This document shows positions 46,234 to 56,032 of a stretch of 64,000 bases of DNA, in pieces. The position numbers and the translations under genes are program-made. Within the stretch, counting starts at the first letter, position 1. Each line of letters starts with the position of its first letter. Below the pieces are notes generated by a model that saw nothing but the letters and a program-made list of their open reading frames with translations, was not told where the DNA came from and ran no database searches. The stretch is from Spirochaetia bacterium (GTDB lineage: Bacteria; Spirochaetota; Spirochaetia; CAKZLE01), in contig OY782041.1 of assembly GCA_963677595.1 (NCBI GenBank), forward strand, positions 3,264,001 through 3,328,000, in the 5' to 3' direction.

Positions 46234-47571
46234 ATGGTGAAAAGAGCAGCAGTATTCCTTCTTTTGATCCTGGTCCTGGCAGCAGGCTGCCGGAACCAGG
46301 AAGAGGCGCGTGTGGATACGGAAGACAATATGGAAGTGACGGAAACAGCAGAGGACTTGGCAGTTCGTTTCATGGGGCTTATCACCACCGGTGAGTACCA
46401 GAAGCTGGTCGATGACTTCAGGATGTCCTCAGCCATGGAGCGGGCAGTGAGTGCCGACCTCTATAAGACCGCCTGGGAGGGGATGACCGCCCAGAATGGC
46501 GCGTATGTGTCGTACAAGTTGACCGAGACGGCTACGGCCGCTGACTTCACGATCATCCCGGTACTCGTCACCTGCACGCAGTCCAAGATCATCGCGAACA
46601 TCGTCTTCGATAAGGAGCGGCATCTCGCAGGGTTCAACTTCGCCCCCTATGCGGAACCTGAAGCACCCCCGGTCACCGTCTCTGAGACTGAGATCGAGGT
46701 AGTCACCGGGGCTTTCACGATGCCGGGCAGGCTGGTGATGCCAGGTGGTGAGGAGCCCGCCCCCCTCGTCATCTTCGCCTCGGGTTCAGGCCCGACCGAC
46801 ATGGACTCGACCCTGGGGCCGAACAAGCCCCTGCGGGATATCGCATACGGGCTCGCCGAGCAGGGAGTCGCGAGCATCAGGTTCACCAAGCGGACGGCGA
46901 TCTATGGGGCGGCCATGGGCGAGAGCGTCACCATCGGGAGTGAGTACCTGGAGGACCTGCAGAGCGCCTGGGACCTGGCGCATACCATCCCCGGGGTCGA
47001 TGATGGAAGGATCTTCCTCCTCGGCCATTCCCTTGGGGGGAACATCATTCCCATGCTTTCAGGACTCATACCTGATGCCGCAGGTTATATCATCATGGCA
47101 GGGAACGTCACCCCGGTAGAAGAGCTGATGCTCGTGCAGTACCGGCACCTGCTTGGCAAGGACGGCGAGATATCGGAGGATGATACGAAGCTGATCGATA
47201 CCATAGAGACCGGGGTACGGAACATAGAGGGGCTGACCGAGGAGTCCAAGCTGACCCCGGCAGACCTGCTGAATGCGCCGAAGTCCTACTGGCTCTCCCT
47301 GGGAGGCTATGACCCGCTGACTGCAGCGGTCCCCATCGAGGACCGCCTGCTCATCCTCCAGGGAGAGAAAGACTATCAGGTGACGATGGATGAGTTCGCA
47401 CGGTGGAAGGAAGCCCTGTCAGATGCGAAGTTCATCTCATACCCGGAGCTGAACCATCTCTTCATGAAGTCGAACGACACCTATGACAGCAGGGAGTATA
47501 CGCAGGCACAGCATGTGGACAACGGGGTGATCAGGGACATAGCGCAGTTCATCAATGGGGGGATTCGCTAG
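46234..47571 (+). CDS. Lipoprotein alpha/beta hydrolase with N-terminal DUF3887-like domain
   Basis: Lipobox LAAGC; SGSGPTDMD, GHSLGG nucleophile, QGEKDYQV, LNHLF. Confidence 0.88.
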   Translation: MVKRAAVFLLLILVLAAGCRNQEEARVDTEDNMEVTETAEDLAVRFMGLITTGEYQKLVDDFRMSSAMERAVSADLYKTAWEGMTAQNGAYVSYKLTETATAADFTIIPVLVTCTQSKIIANIVFDKERHLAGFNFAPYAEPEAPPVTVSETEIEVVTGAFTMPGRLVMPGGEEPAPLVIFASGSGPTDMDSTLGPNKPLRDIAYGLAEQGVASIRFTKRTAIYGAAMGESVTIGSEYLEDLQSAWDLAHTIPGVDDGRIFLLGHSLGGNIIPMLSGLIPDAAGYIIMAGNVTPVEELMLVQYRHLLGKDGEISEDDTKLIDTIETGVRNIEGLTEESKLTPADLLNAPKSYWLSLGGYDPLTAAVPIEDRLLILQGEKDYQVTMDEFARWKEALSDAKFISYPELNHLFMKSNDTYDSREYTQAQHVDNGVIRDIAQFINGGIR

Positions 47572-47713
47572 GTTCTCCCGCAGCAGGGGATGGCTTCCTG
47601 GTGTTCCGGGCAGCCTGGATGAACTCCTGCTTCAGCAGTTGTGCATCAGCAGCTGGTTCCCATTCTCCCTGTTCGATAGATCGAATCAGTTCCCTCTCTT
47701 CTTGGTCATTCAT
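47552..47713 (-). pseudogene. Small ORF (53 aa) resembling the N-terminus of a CopG/BrnA-type antitoxin, truncated
   Basis: GAGGAGG RBS; MNDQEERELIRSIEQGEW...AARNT followed by an unrelated tail; below the ORF-track cutoff. Confidence 0.55.
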
Positions 47714-47730
47714 AGTGTTGTCACCTCCTC

Positions 47731-48354
47731 CTATCCTTCTGCAGGGGACTCTGTTCCGGGGGCCCGGAATAGGAATTCATTGCACTCCTTCAGGTACTGC
47801 GACTTGATGTCATCGCTCTTGAAATCGAGACCGAGAGTCTCACTCATAGTAGCCTTGTTGGAGGCGAAGGTGAATGAGATGGATATGATAATGAACATGA
47901 AAGTCTCGAACGAGACCGTCTTCCGAAACTGGCCGGTTTGCTGACCCCGCTGGTACAGCTGCTTAAGGTGGGCATGGAAGGGCTGTTTCAGCCCTGTTAT
48001 GGCTGAGTTGTGCTTTCCCTGCAGGAGGTTCTCCCAGGCGAATATCTTCCAGAATTCTGGATGATCCTCATGGAACTGCATATAGCGCGAGAGTATGATA
48101 CTCCCGAGGTAAGGGATCTGCTCCTCGGTAAGCTCGAGGAAGCTGTTGTCGACGGAGAGGATCAGCTGGTAGGTATGTTTCCAGACCTCGATGAAGAGGT
48201 TCTCCTTGTTCTCAAAATGGGCATAGATGCGCTCCTTGTTGACCCCTGCCTGTTCTGAGATACGGGCTACCCGTGCACCTTCATAGCCATGCTCGGCGAA
48301 CTCCTCGATAGCCGCAGTGAATATACGCTGTCTCGTCTTCTCACCCTTCGTCAT
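47731..48354 (-). CDS. TetR/AcrR family regulator
   Basis: RQRIFTAAIEEFAEHGYEGARVARISEQAGVNKERIYAHFENKENLF. Confidence 0.93.
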   Translation of the reverse strand: MTKGEKTRQRIFTAAIEEFAEHGYEGARVARISEQAGVNKERIYAHFENKENLFIEVWKHTYQLILSVDNSFLELTEEQIPYLGSIILSRYMQFHEDHPEFWKIFAWENLLQGKHNSAITGLKQPFHAHLKQLYQRGQQTGQFRKTVSFETFMFIIISISFTFASNKATMSETLGLDFKSDDIKSQYLKECNEFLFRAPGTESPAEG

Positions 48355-48376
48355 AAACGCGTTACCCTCGAATAGC

Positions 48377-48411
48377 GATATACCGCAGTCTGTATGCGCC
48401 TGCGGTATATC
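48377..48411 (-). terminator. Intergenic hairpin between the Nramp and TetR genes
   Basis: GATATACCGCAG...CTGCGGTATATC 12-bp perfect stem. Confidence 0.65.
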
Positions 48412-48431
48412 TTGTTACTGTGCAGTGTAAG

Positions 48432-49673
48432 CTATTTGATGAAAGCAATCAATTGGTTGATCGAGAGGTAGCCGATCCAGCCGATCGCCAGGATGGCAAT
48501 AACGTTCGAGAAGACCGAATTGGTACCGTCTTCTCCCATGACCTTCCTGTTGTTCCCGATCATGGTGAGGATGATCGCTATGATTGGTCCTCCTATGATG
48601 GTTGAAGCCTGGGCGATGACCAGGACCTCAATAGGGTTTGACTTGAGCAGTGCAGCCAGCAGGGTACTGAAGACCAGGAGGACCGTCGCGAGGATCTTTA
48701 CCGATCGGTCATTGATCGATTTTCCCATCCCGAGCCCGTCGGAGAGCAGCATCCCGCCGAGGATCGCGTTAGAGATGAACGATGAGAACGAGGCGGCAAG
48801 CAACCCGAAGAGGAAGATCCATTTCGCGAACTGACCGAGCAGCGGCTCCAGCTGGATAGCCATGTCGACGGCACTCCCGACCGTGATCCCCTTCGGTGCG
48901 AGGACTGCGGCAGAGGTGATCATGATCAAGGCACTTAAGGTGCAGAGGATGATGATGCCGACTGTCGAATCACGGTTGGCCTTCCCCAGGTCCTCTCGCT
49001 TCCAACCCTTTCCCTGGACCATATATGACTGGTATGCAGCCCCGGCTATGCTGAACGTAGTGGCTGAGATCGCGATCACCAGACCCCAGATCTTAGGTTT
49101 CTTTGGGATGAACCCTGCTGTGATCTCGAGCGGGTTCGGACTTGCCTTGAAGACATTGATCAGGAAGGCCAGGATCATGATGAGGACCAGTACCATCATG
49201 ATACGTTCAAGCAGTTGGTAGAAGTTCTTTGAGAACCAGATGATAGCCAGTGCAACCATGAGGAACAGTGCTGCCCAGAGAGCCATGGAGCCCCCGAACA
49301 TAGTTCCCATCGCCAGTCCGATACCGATATTGTTCCCTGTCTGGAACCCACCGCAGATCAGGAAGACGGAGATGCCTGCGACCATCGCAAGGGGTTTCCC
49401 ATACTCGTCCCTGACGATCTCGAGCAGGGACCGGTCCTGCAGGATCCCGATCCGTGAACCCATACGGGTGAAGACGGTCATGAAGACCGCAGCTATGGCT
49501 ACAGCCCAGAGTACCGAGTATCCCATGAGGGCCCCGGACTTGCTGCTTACCGTGATGCTTCCCGGTCCCAGGACCGTGGCTGCGATGATGAATCCAGGCC
49601 CGAATGAGGCAAGGATCTTTCTCAGTGCTGAAGGTCTTCTCTCTGACGTTTCCAACATCGTTTCATTATTCAT
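48432..49673 (-). CDS. Nramp-related (YcsG-like) transporter
   Basis: FGPGFIIAATVLGPGSIT (lacks the DPGN metal motif), FQTGN, about 11 TMs. Confidence 0.82.
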   Translation of the reverse strand: MNNETMLETSERRPSALRKILASFGPGFIIAATVLGPGSITVSSKSGALMGYSVLWAVAIAAVFMTVFTRMGSRIGILQDRSLLEIVRDEYGKPLAMVAGISVFLICGGFQTGNNIGIGLAMGTMFGGSMALWAALFLMVALAIIWFSKNFYQLLERIMMVLVLIMILAFLINVFKASPNPLEITAGFIPKKPKIWGLVIAISATTFSIAGAAYQSYMVQGKGWKREDLGKANRDSTVGIIILCTLSALIMITSAAVLAPKGITVGSAVDMAIQLEPLLGQFAKWIFLFGLLAASFSSFISNAILGGMLLSDGLGMGKSINDRSVKILATVLLVFSTLLAALLKSNPIEVLVIAQASTIIGGPIIAIILTMIGNNRKVMGEDGTNSVFSNVIAILAIGWIGYLSINQLIAFIK

Positions 49674-49684
49674 ACATATCCTCC

Positions 49685-50758
49685 TTATGTACAGTTCCCT
49701 GTACTAGTGTCTGCCCAACGCTGTCTGTTCGCATTGATGAACCCGTCATCATTCAGATGGGGGTACGATGCATAGACCCGGTCGATCTCCGCTTCCTGGT
49801 TCTCCGAAAGGTGTTCTTCAGGGTTCAGGCAGATGATCTTCTCCAGGAAGCCCTGCCTGCGCAGGACTTCGTGAAGCCCGGCGATCGATCCTTTGAACCG
49901 GTGTGCTGCATCAAAGAACGCACTGTTGGCATCAGTCACCTGCGCTGCCCTGGTCAGGAGTCCGGCGGGGATGTGATCCCGTGAACGTACAGCTTTGATC
50001 TCCTCCAGCAGCTCTACAGCCCGCTTCGTCCAGACACACCAGTGGCCGAGGAGCCCGCCTGAGAATGTGATCTCCTCGCCGGTAGTACCAAAGCGGTAGC
50101 GGCTCAGCAAGTCTGTCACAATGGAATCATCGTTACCGGTATACAGTGCGATCTCGCTGCTTCGCCCGGAATCGGCAACAGCCCTGATGACATCGAGCGT
50201 CTTGTACCGGTCGAACGGGGCGGTCTTGATACCGATCAGCTCCGGGATCGTCAGCACCTCCCTCCAGAATTCATACGGCAGTGTCGGGCCGCCGATAGCT
50301 GTCTGCAGGTAGAACCCGAAGAGGCTGATATACCCGGCAGCTGCGCGGTAGACATCCAGCAGTTCATCCGCCTCCTGTCCGGGGGAGGGGCAGATCAGGG
50401 CTGCGTCGTAGCCGGAACGACAGAGCATCTCCGACTCAGTCGCAACCTCATCCACATTGCCCCGTACCCCTCCGACCAGGACTATCATTTTCCCGGTCCT
50501 CTGCTCGAATGCTTCGACTTCTTCCTTCACCAGGTGCAGCAGTGATTCATGGAGTTGTGTGTTCTGACGGATCTCGAACTGTGTCGTGTGTACCGCTGCA
50601 GCCAGCCCCCCGACGCCGGAGTCGAGATAGTAGCGGATCAGGGTCCGCTGCCGCCTCTCATCAAGTTCAAGGTGTTCCGTCAGGATCAGAGGGACAGCAG
50701 GAATGACCATGCCTGCTTTGAGTTTCGTCAGTTTTATGTCTTTACTATTTGCTGCCAT
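49685..50758 (-). CDS. Divergent DHDPS-family aldolase/dehydratase
   Basis: VIPAVPL, VHTTQFEIR, GFYLQ, GIKTAPFDRY, LYTGNDD, GGLLGHW. Confidence 0.82.
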   Translation of the reverse strand: MAANSKDIKLTKLKAGMVIPAVPLILTEHLELDERRQRTLIRYYLDSGVGGLAAAVHTTQFEIRQNTQLHESLLHLVKEEVEAFEQRTGKMIVLVGGVRGNVDEVATESEMLCRSGYDAALICPSPGQEADELLDVYRAAAGYISLFGFYLQTAIGGPTLPYEFWREVLTIPELIGIKTAPFDRYKTLDVIRAVADSGRSSEIALYTGNDDSIVTDLLSRYRFGTTGEEITFSGGLLGHWCVWTKRAVELLEEIKAVRSRDHIPAGLLTRAAQVTDANSAFFDAAHRFKGSIAGLHEVLRRQGFLEKIICLNPEEHLSENQEAEIDRVYASYPHLNDDGFINANRQRWADTSTGNCT

Positions 50759-51795
50759 CAGTATGCTCCGTCCCGGACCTCAAAGTGGGTCGGTTTCTCC
50801 CAGCTCCCCAGGTCATCCTGGAGCCAAGCGGCAGTCCAGTCGATCATGGTCTCCAGGGAGATCTCAGGCCTGCCGAATACCTTGAAGGCTTTTGATGTGT
50901 CGCTGAGCAGGGCAGTTGGGGCTTCGGTACCGGTGAAGGACACCGCCCTGCCCAGCTGTTTTGCGAACCGAATAGCGATCTCACGTACCGAAGCTGTCTC
51001 GGGACCCGTGATGTTGAACACTTCAGGCGGGACAGCACAGTGATCGAGTGAAAGGAGGGCTGTCTTTGCCACATCTCCCTGCCAGATCACGTTCACATAC
51101 CCCATGGTAAGATCCACCGGCTCCCCATTCAGTACCTTCTCCCCGATCTCCCGCAGTACCCCGTAGCGCATATCGATGGAGTAATTCAACCGCAGTTCGC
51201 AGGTCGGGATGCCCTTCGTATGGCTGAAATACTCAAAGATACGTTCCCTGCCGACTGTGGAGTTAGCGTATTCGCCGACAGGCGTCAGGCTGTCAGTCTC
51301 GACGGACCCTCCCGATGCTGCGGGAACCAGGTCATATACACAACCGGTGGAGAAGGCTGCGATCCTGCTTGAGGTGAAATGTTGGCAGATGATCGAGGGA
51401 ATGAGTGTGTTCATGGCCCAGGTCAGCCATTGAGAACCCTCGGTCCCGAATTTCCTGCCGGCAAGGTAGATTAGGTTCCGTACCTTCGGCAGTTCACTGA
51501 CCTGCCGGCTATCGAGCAGATCACAGGTGATCGTGGTGATCCCGGCATCTTCGAGTCTGATTCTCACTGCATCATCTGAGAACCTGGACACACCATAGAC
51601 CTTTCTCGGTACCCCGGATCTCCTGACGGCATCGAGGGCAAGCAGCCCGATATGGCTGCCGATCTTCCCTCCGATCCCGAGAATCATGATATCGCCTTCG
51701 AGCTGCTGCATGAACCGTATCAGCTCCTCGTCAGCTGTCGTGATGAATCCATCAAGCTCCTGCGGGCCTGAGAATCGTGCAGGTTGTCTCTTCAT
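50758..51795 (-). CDS. NAD-dependent epimerase/dehydratase family protein
   Basis: LGIGGKIG, AGRKFG, FSTGCVY, GEYANS.VGRER, RLNY, NITGPE. Confidence 0.85.
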   Translation of the reverse strand: MKRQPARFSGPQELDGFITTADEELIRFMQQLEGDIMILGIGGKIGSHIGLLALDAVRRSGVPRKVYGVSRFSDDAVRIRLEDAGITTITCDLLDSRQVSELPKVRNLIYLAGRKFGTEGSQWLTWAMNTLIPSIICQHFTSSRIAAFSTGCVYDLVPAASGGSVETDSLTPVGEYANSTVGRERIFEYFSHTKGIPTCELRLNYSIDMRYGVLREIGEKVLNGEPVDLTMGYVNVIWQGDVAKTALLSLDHCAVPPEVFNITGPETASVREIAIRFAKQLGRAVSFTGTEAPTALLSDTSKAFKVFGRPEISLETMIDWTAAWLQDDLGSWEKPTHFEVRDGAY

Positions 51796-51810
51796 GTAAA
51801 AACTCCTCTT

Positions 51811-51868
51811 TTAAACAAACCAACCGTTTGGTTTGTTTAACAATACGTCATGGAGCAGAATCTGTCAA
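51811..51868 (-). promoter_or_regulatory. Sigma70 promoter with 30-bp palindromic operator (probably TetR site)
   Basis: TTAAACAAACCAA-ccgt-TTGGTTTGTTTAA (51811-51840); minus strand TTGACA-N17-TATTGT (51868-51840). Confidence 0.85.
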
Positions 51869-51951
51869 CAGAAAGTTCAAAAAGATGCAGACTGCGGATA
51901 TTCCTTTCTCAACTGCTCAGGTATACAATTATGGTGTAGGAGGATAGACGT

Positions 51952-52461
51952 ATGAAGATACTGCGTATGATGCTCCTGATCATAGTACTGCTGGCGGGAG
52001 TATCAGGACTGTTCGCCGAAGAGGAAGCAGAGACTGATGAGTACCACTGGGCCGGCGGGCTCTCGGTGATCGCACCGGGGATGCCGGTTGCTGCCAAGGT
52101 CGTCTACCAGGATGGCGGCTGGGGCTGGCAGGGGGAGTTCAACTATTTCCTGATGCTCGGTGAGGCACGGCTTGACGGCCGAAGGATCATCCGGGGAGAG
52201 AAGGGGACCGACCTCTATGCCTTCGCCGGGTTCACGCTCAACCACTTCAACCAGAACTACAATGCAGAGACCCCCACAAACCTGCTCGAATTCATCTTCT
52301 CGGCGGATGCGGGAGTCGGTGCGGAGTGGCGCTTCACGAAGCACCTCGGGATCGGGGCAGAGGGCGGACTGCTGATCCCTCTCTGGCAGAACAATCCCGA
52401 CTCAGACTACACAGACTCCGGGATCATGGTAGCCAACCTCTACGTGCTCTGGTGGTTCTGA
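51952..52461 (+). CDS. Small secreted probable outer-membrane beta-barrel protein
   Basis: Signal peptide ending LFA; alternating strands (GVGAEWRF, LGIGAEGG); C-terminal WWF. Confidence 0.65.
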   Translation: MKILRMMLLIIVLLAGVSGLFAEEEAETDEYHWAGGLSVIAPGMPVAAKVVYQDGGWGWQGEFNYFLMLGEARLDGRRIIRGEKGTDLYAFAGFTLNHFNQNYNAETPTNLLEFIFSADAGVGAEWRFTKHLGIGAEGGLLIPLWQNNPDSDYTDSGIMVANLYVLWWF

Positions 52462-53780
52462 TTGGTCTCTTCCTGCTGGTTCGAGAACCCATCAAGGCAG
52501 GCCAGGTAGGATTCCTTCGTCATGGCAGGGGTGAAGCTTGAGAGGATCTCCCTGGCTCGCTTTGCGTCATCGCACAGCAGGTCGATGACCGTCATCGCCA
52601 TGGCCTTTGCCGGGAGCAGGATCGCCGCCTCGGCATCCTCCATGCGGAAATCCTTCGTATGGAGTGCACCGGACACGCCCCCGACCATGGGGTGGAGGGT
52701 GGGCATGAGCTGGGAGACATCCCCGAAATCGAAGGAGCAGGTATAATCCCCGCCGTCGAGAACTGTGCCTGGGAATCCCAGATACCCGATCTCTTCGGTG
52801 AAGAGCTCGTCGAGGGCTCCATAGCTCCTGATCGGCAGGTAGCCCGGGAGGTCCGTGATCGTGATATCGGCACCTATGGCCAATGCCCCAGCCCTCAGGG
52901 CACGGTTCACCTTCTGGTTTGCCTCGACCATGGCTTGGACCGTTCGTGCCCGCACGCAGACTTCCATCCGCACATCGGCAGGCACCACGTTCACGATATC
53001 ACCACCTTTGGTGATGACTGAATGGACCCTGATACGGTCCTTCTCTGCGAAGGTCTCACGCAGGCAGTTGATATTGATCAGGGCAAGGGATGCCGCATTG
53101 AGGGCGTTGACGCCCTCATGGGGTGCCGAGCCCGCATGGGATGCCCTACCGGTGAAGACGACCTGCTTCCCGATGAACCCGTTGCTCTGCAGGCCGGTGA
53201 GGGCGGTATGCTCCCCGAGGTCGCCTGAGGCATGGAACATCATGGCGATATCGACATCGTCGAAGTACCCCTTGCTGATGAGCTCCTGCTTTCCTCCGAA
53301 GAAGGTTATCTGATCTGAAGCTTTCAGCTCCTGCCGGAAGTCCATCTCCACATACTCCTCGGCTGGGGTCGCCATGACCTTGATACTCCCTGCGAGACCG
53401 GGGAGAATCCCTGAGGATGCAAGCCCGGTCACCGCACCGAGCATGCCGGCTATCTGAATATGGTGGCCGCAGGCATGGACGAGACCATGCGCATCGGCTT
53501 CCGGGTGGTCGCCGACCCCGATCGCATCGAGTTCCCCGAGGAGGGCGACCGTGGGCCCTGCTGTGCCGGATTCGAGATAGGCACTGCAGCCCGTGACGGC
53601 GATCGGGCTCTCCACGGGGAGGTCGAGGTTCTCAAGATACCCGGAGACCACCTCAGTGGCGAAGTGCTCGCGGAACCCGAGTTCCGGGTGCTCCCATATC
53701 GTCTTCGCTGCGGCAAGGATCTCTTCCCTGTGCGCATCTATTGCCTCAATGACCCGGTCTTTCATCGCATTCACATCCAT
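52440..53780 (-). CDS. M20 family amidohydrolase
   Basis: HPELGFRE, GELDA, HACGHH, PAEE, GRASHAG, ALH. Confidence 0.92.
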   Translation of the reverse strand: MDVNAMKDRVIEAIDAHREEILAAAKTIWEHPELGFREHFATEVVSGYLENLDLPVESPIAVTGCSAYLESGTAGPTVALLGELDAIGVGDHPEADAHGLVHACGHHIQIAGMLGAVTGLASSGILPGLAGSIKVMATPAEEYVEMDFRQELKASDQITFFGGKQELISKGYFDDVDIAMMFHASGDLGEHTALTGLQSNGFIGKQVVFTGRASHAGSAPHEGVNALNAASLALININCLRETFAEKDRIRVHSVITKGGDIVNVVPADVRMEVCVRARTVQAMVEANQKVNRALRAGALAIGADITITDLPGYLPIRSYGALDELFTEEIGYLGFPGTVLDGGDYTCSFDFGDVSQLMPTLHPMVGGVSGALHTKDFRMEDAEAAILLPAKAMAMTVIDLLCDDAKRAREILSSFTPAMTKESYLACLDGFSNQQEETNQNHQST

Positions 53781-53895
53781 ACCAGACTCCTTTCGCCCAC
53801 ACTCTATCCCAATTGCCCGGACAAGTCCATGAGAACTTTCCGTTTTTCTCATTCCATGATAGGATAAGACAGTGCTTAACAGGTGTAGGGGAAAG

Positions 53896-55845
53896 ATGGA
53901 ACTGAACGAAGAACAGAAAGAGGCCGTGAACTACCACGGGGAGGCAAAGAACGTGCTCGTGACTGCCGGTGCCGGCTGCGGGAAGACCCGCACGATCATC
54001 GCACGGGCGGCGCATCTCTACTCCAACGGTACCGATATCTCGCGTATCCTCATCATGACCTTCACCAACCGTGCTGCCCGGGAGCTGAAGCTGCGGCTCA
54101 AGAGCGAGATCGGGGCTGCCTCGGAGCAGATGCAGGCCGGTACCTTCCATGCCTTCTGCCTGAAGGTCATGACGAAGCTCCCGAAGAGCTTCGATATAGC
54201 GGGGTTGAGCATCATCGACACCGATGACCAGAACAGCCTGATGGGGCTGATCCGCAAGGAGTTCTTCCGCGGGCAGTCGGGGAGCAGGAAGGGCTTCCCC
54301 AAGACCAGGGAGCTGCTGAGCTACTACTCCTACAGCAGGAACACCTGCCAGAGCCCGGCTGACTACCTGGGGGCACAGACCGACCTGGAGCCGGAGACCA
54401 TAGAGAACTGCTGCACGCTCTTCACCTCCTACCAGGAGGCGAAGGAGGCGAGGGGGTACCTCGACTACGACGACCTGCTTGCCCGCTTCTCTGCTGCACT
54501 GACACAGAAGCCAAGGTTGAAATCTGCGGTCTGCACCCTCTTCGATGAGGTCCTCGTGGACGAGATGCAGGATACCAACCCGATCCAGTTCGAGATCCTT
54601 CGCCACTTCGCTGACGAGGGGGTACGCCTCTTCTGCGTCGGGGATCCTGCCCAGTCGATCTACCGATTCCGTGGTGCGGAGTTCCGTCATGTCTATGAGT
54701 TCCAGGAACTCTTCGGCAGCAGCATCACGATCCCGCTCTCACGGAACTACCGGAGCTACCAGGAGATCCTCGACCTCTCAAACTGGCTGCTCGACCGGTC
54801 CCCGTTGGATTATAAGAACCGTCTTTCCGCCCACCGTGGAACCTGCGGCTATATACCGGCGGTCGAGGAGTTCGAGCACCACAGCGAGGAGGCCTCCTGG
54901 ATCGCCGACCTGATCGTCGAGCGGAACGAGGCTGAGGTTCCCCTTTCCGATTTCATGGTGCTCTACCGATCGAGTTTCGATGCCAAACCGCTCGAAGCCG
55001 AGCTGATCAGGAGGGACATTCCCTACCGGTTCATCGGCGGGACGGTCCTCACCAAGTCGGCCCATGTGCGGGATGTCATCTCGCTGCTTCGGCTGGTGCG
55101 GAACACCCGGGATGATCTCGCATGGCTGCGGTTCCTCCAATTGTGGCCGAGGATAGGGGAGAAGACCGCGGAGAAGGTCTTCTCCGCCCTCTCCGACCTG
55201 TCAGATAACGAGCAGGTGGCGGCTAAGCTCACCGAACTGCTGGGCGTCAGCCATCCTGCGGTGACGGCCTTCACTTCGGTCCTCTACCAGTATGATACCC
55301 CCAAGAAGTGTTTGAGGACTGCCGCGAGCATCCTCAACCCGGCGCTCAAGGAGCGGTATGACAACTGGAAGCAGCGGAGCAAGGACCTTGAGCTCCTGAT
55401 CCGGGTTTCGGAGAACTACCGGGAGACAGCCGACTTCATCGATGACTTCACCCTCGAGCCGCTCAACGACACCGAGATCTCCAAGAAGTACAATGATGAC
55501 GCCGTGACCCTGATTACCGTCCACAGTGCGAAAGGTACCGAGGCCCCTGTCTGCATCGTGGCGGGGGCGACACAGTCGAACTACCCCCACTTCCGTTCCC
55601 TCGGGGACCAGGATGCCGAGGAGGAGGAGAGGCGTGTCCTCTATGTCGCGATGACGAGGGCCATGAACGAGCTCATCATCACCCGGTCCTCCTACAACCG
55701 GAATGCCTTTTGGGTCCAAAGCTCCCCGGCAGTGGGGGAGAACTACTTCCTTGCGAACGTGCCAGAGGCACTCCTCGTCCCACATCTCCACGGCTGGTCC
55801 CCGGAGGGCCTGTCCGGCCTCGGCGGGCTGGAAGATATCTTCTAA
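53896..55845 (+). CDS. UvrD/Rep-family ATP-dependent helicase
   Basis: LNEEQ, AGAGCGKT, TFTNRAA, DEMQDTN, VGDPAQSIYRFRGA, NYRS, TVHSAKG, YVAMTRA. Confidence 0.95.
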   Translation: MELNEEQKEAVNYHGEAKNVLVTAGAGCGKTRTIIARAAHLYSNGTDISRILIMTFTNRAARELKLRLKSEIGAASEQMQAGTFHAFCLKVMTKLPKSFDIAGLSIIDTDDQNSLMGLIRKEFFRGQSGSRKGFPKTRELLSYYSYSRNTCQSPADYLGAQTDLEPETIENCCTLFTSYQEAKEARGYLDYDDLLARFSAALTQKPRLKSAVCTLFDEVLVDEMQDTNPIQFEILRHFADEGVRLFCVGDPAQSIYRFRGAEFRHVYEFQELFGSSITIPLSRNYRSYQEILDLSNWLLDRSPLDYKNRLSAHRGTCGYIPAVEEFEHHSEEASWIADLIVERNEAEVPLSDFMVLYRSSFDAKPLEAELIRRDIPYRFIGGTVLTKSAHVRDVISLLRLVRNTRDDLAWLRFLQLWPRIGEKTAEKVFSALSDLSDNEQVAAKLTELLGVSHPAVTAFTSVLYQYDTPKKCLRTAASILNPALKERYDNWKQRSKDLELLIRVSENYRETADFIDDFTLEPLNDTEISKKYNDDAVTLITVHSAKGTEAPVCIVAGATQSNYPHFRSLGDQDAEEEERRVLYVAMTRAMNELIITRSSYNRNAFWVQSSPAVGENYFLANVPEALLVPHLHGWSPEGLSGLGGLEDIF

Positions 55846-55947
55846 CAGAACTTGATCACGTATCATCCTCTTTGATCATCCCGACCCCCTTTTCTACTCT
55901 CATCTTCTGTTGCCTGAATACCTGATGTGGTTTTTCATGGATTTTTC

Positions 55948-56012
55948 TTGACAACTGAATGAAGTGGTGTAATAATGTTAAATATACAGAACAGCGTTCT
56001 GTAGTACAGAAC
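55948..56012 (+). promoter_or_regulatory. Promoter with overlapping palindromic operators
   Basis: TTGACA-N17-AATAAT; TACAGAAC-agc-GTTCTGTA-g-TACAGAAC (55985-56012). Confidence 0.65.
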
Positions 56013-56032
56013 AAATAAAACTGGAGGAACAC

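Noticed and set aside
24513-54690. Long antisense ORFs (24513-25571, 25250-26563, 36771-38054, 42721-43770, 53746-54690)
   Set aside because: Shadow frames of high-GC3 genes with clear motifs on the opposite strand.
53896-55845. UvrD helicase as part of a defence system such as Gabija
   Set aside because: No adjacent nuclease/ATPase partner; flanked by metabolic genes and with host-like codon usage.
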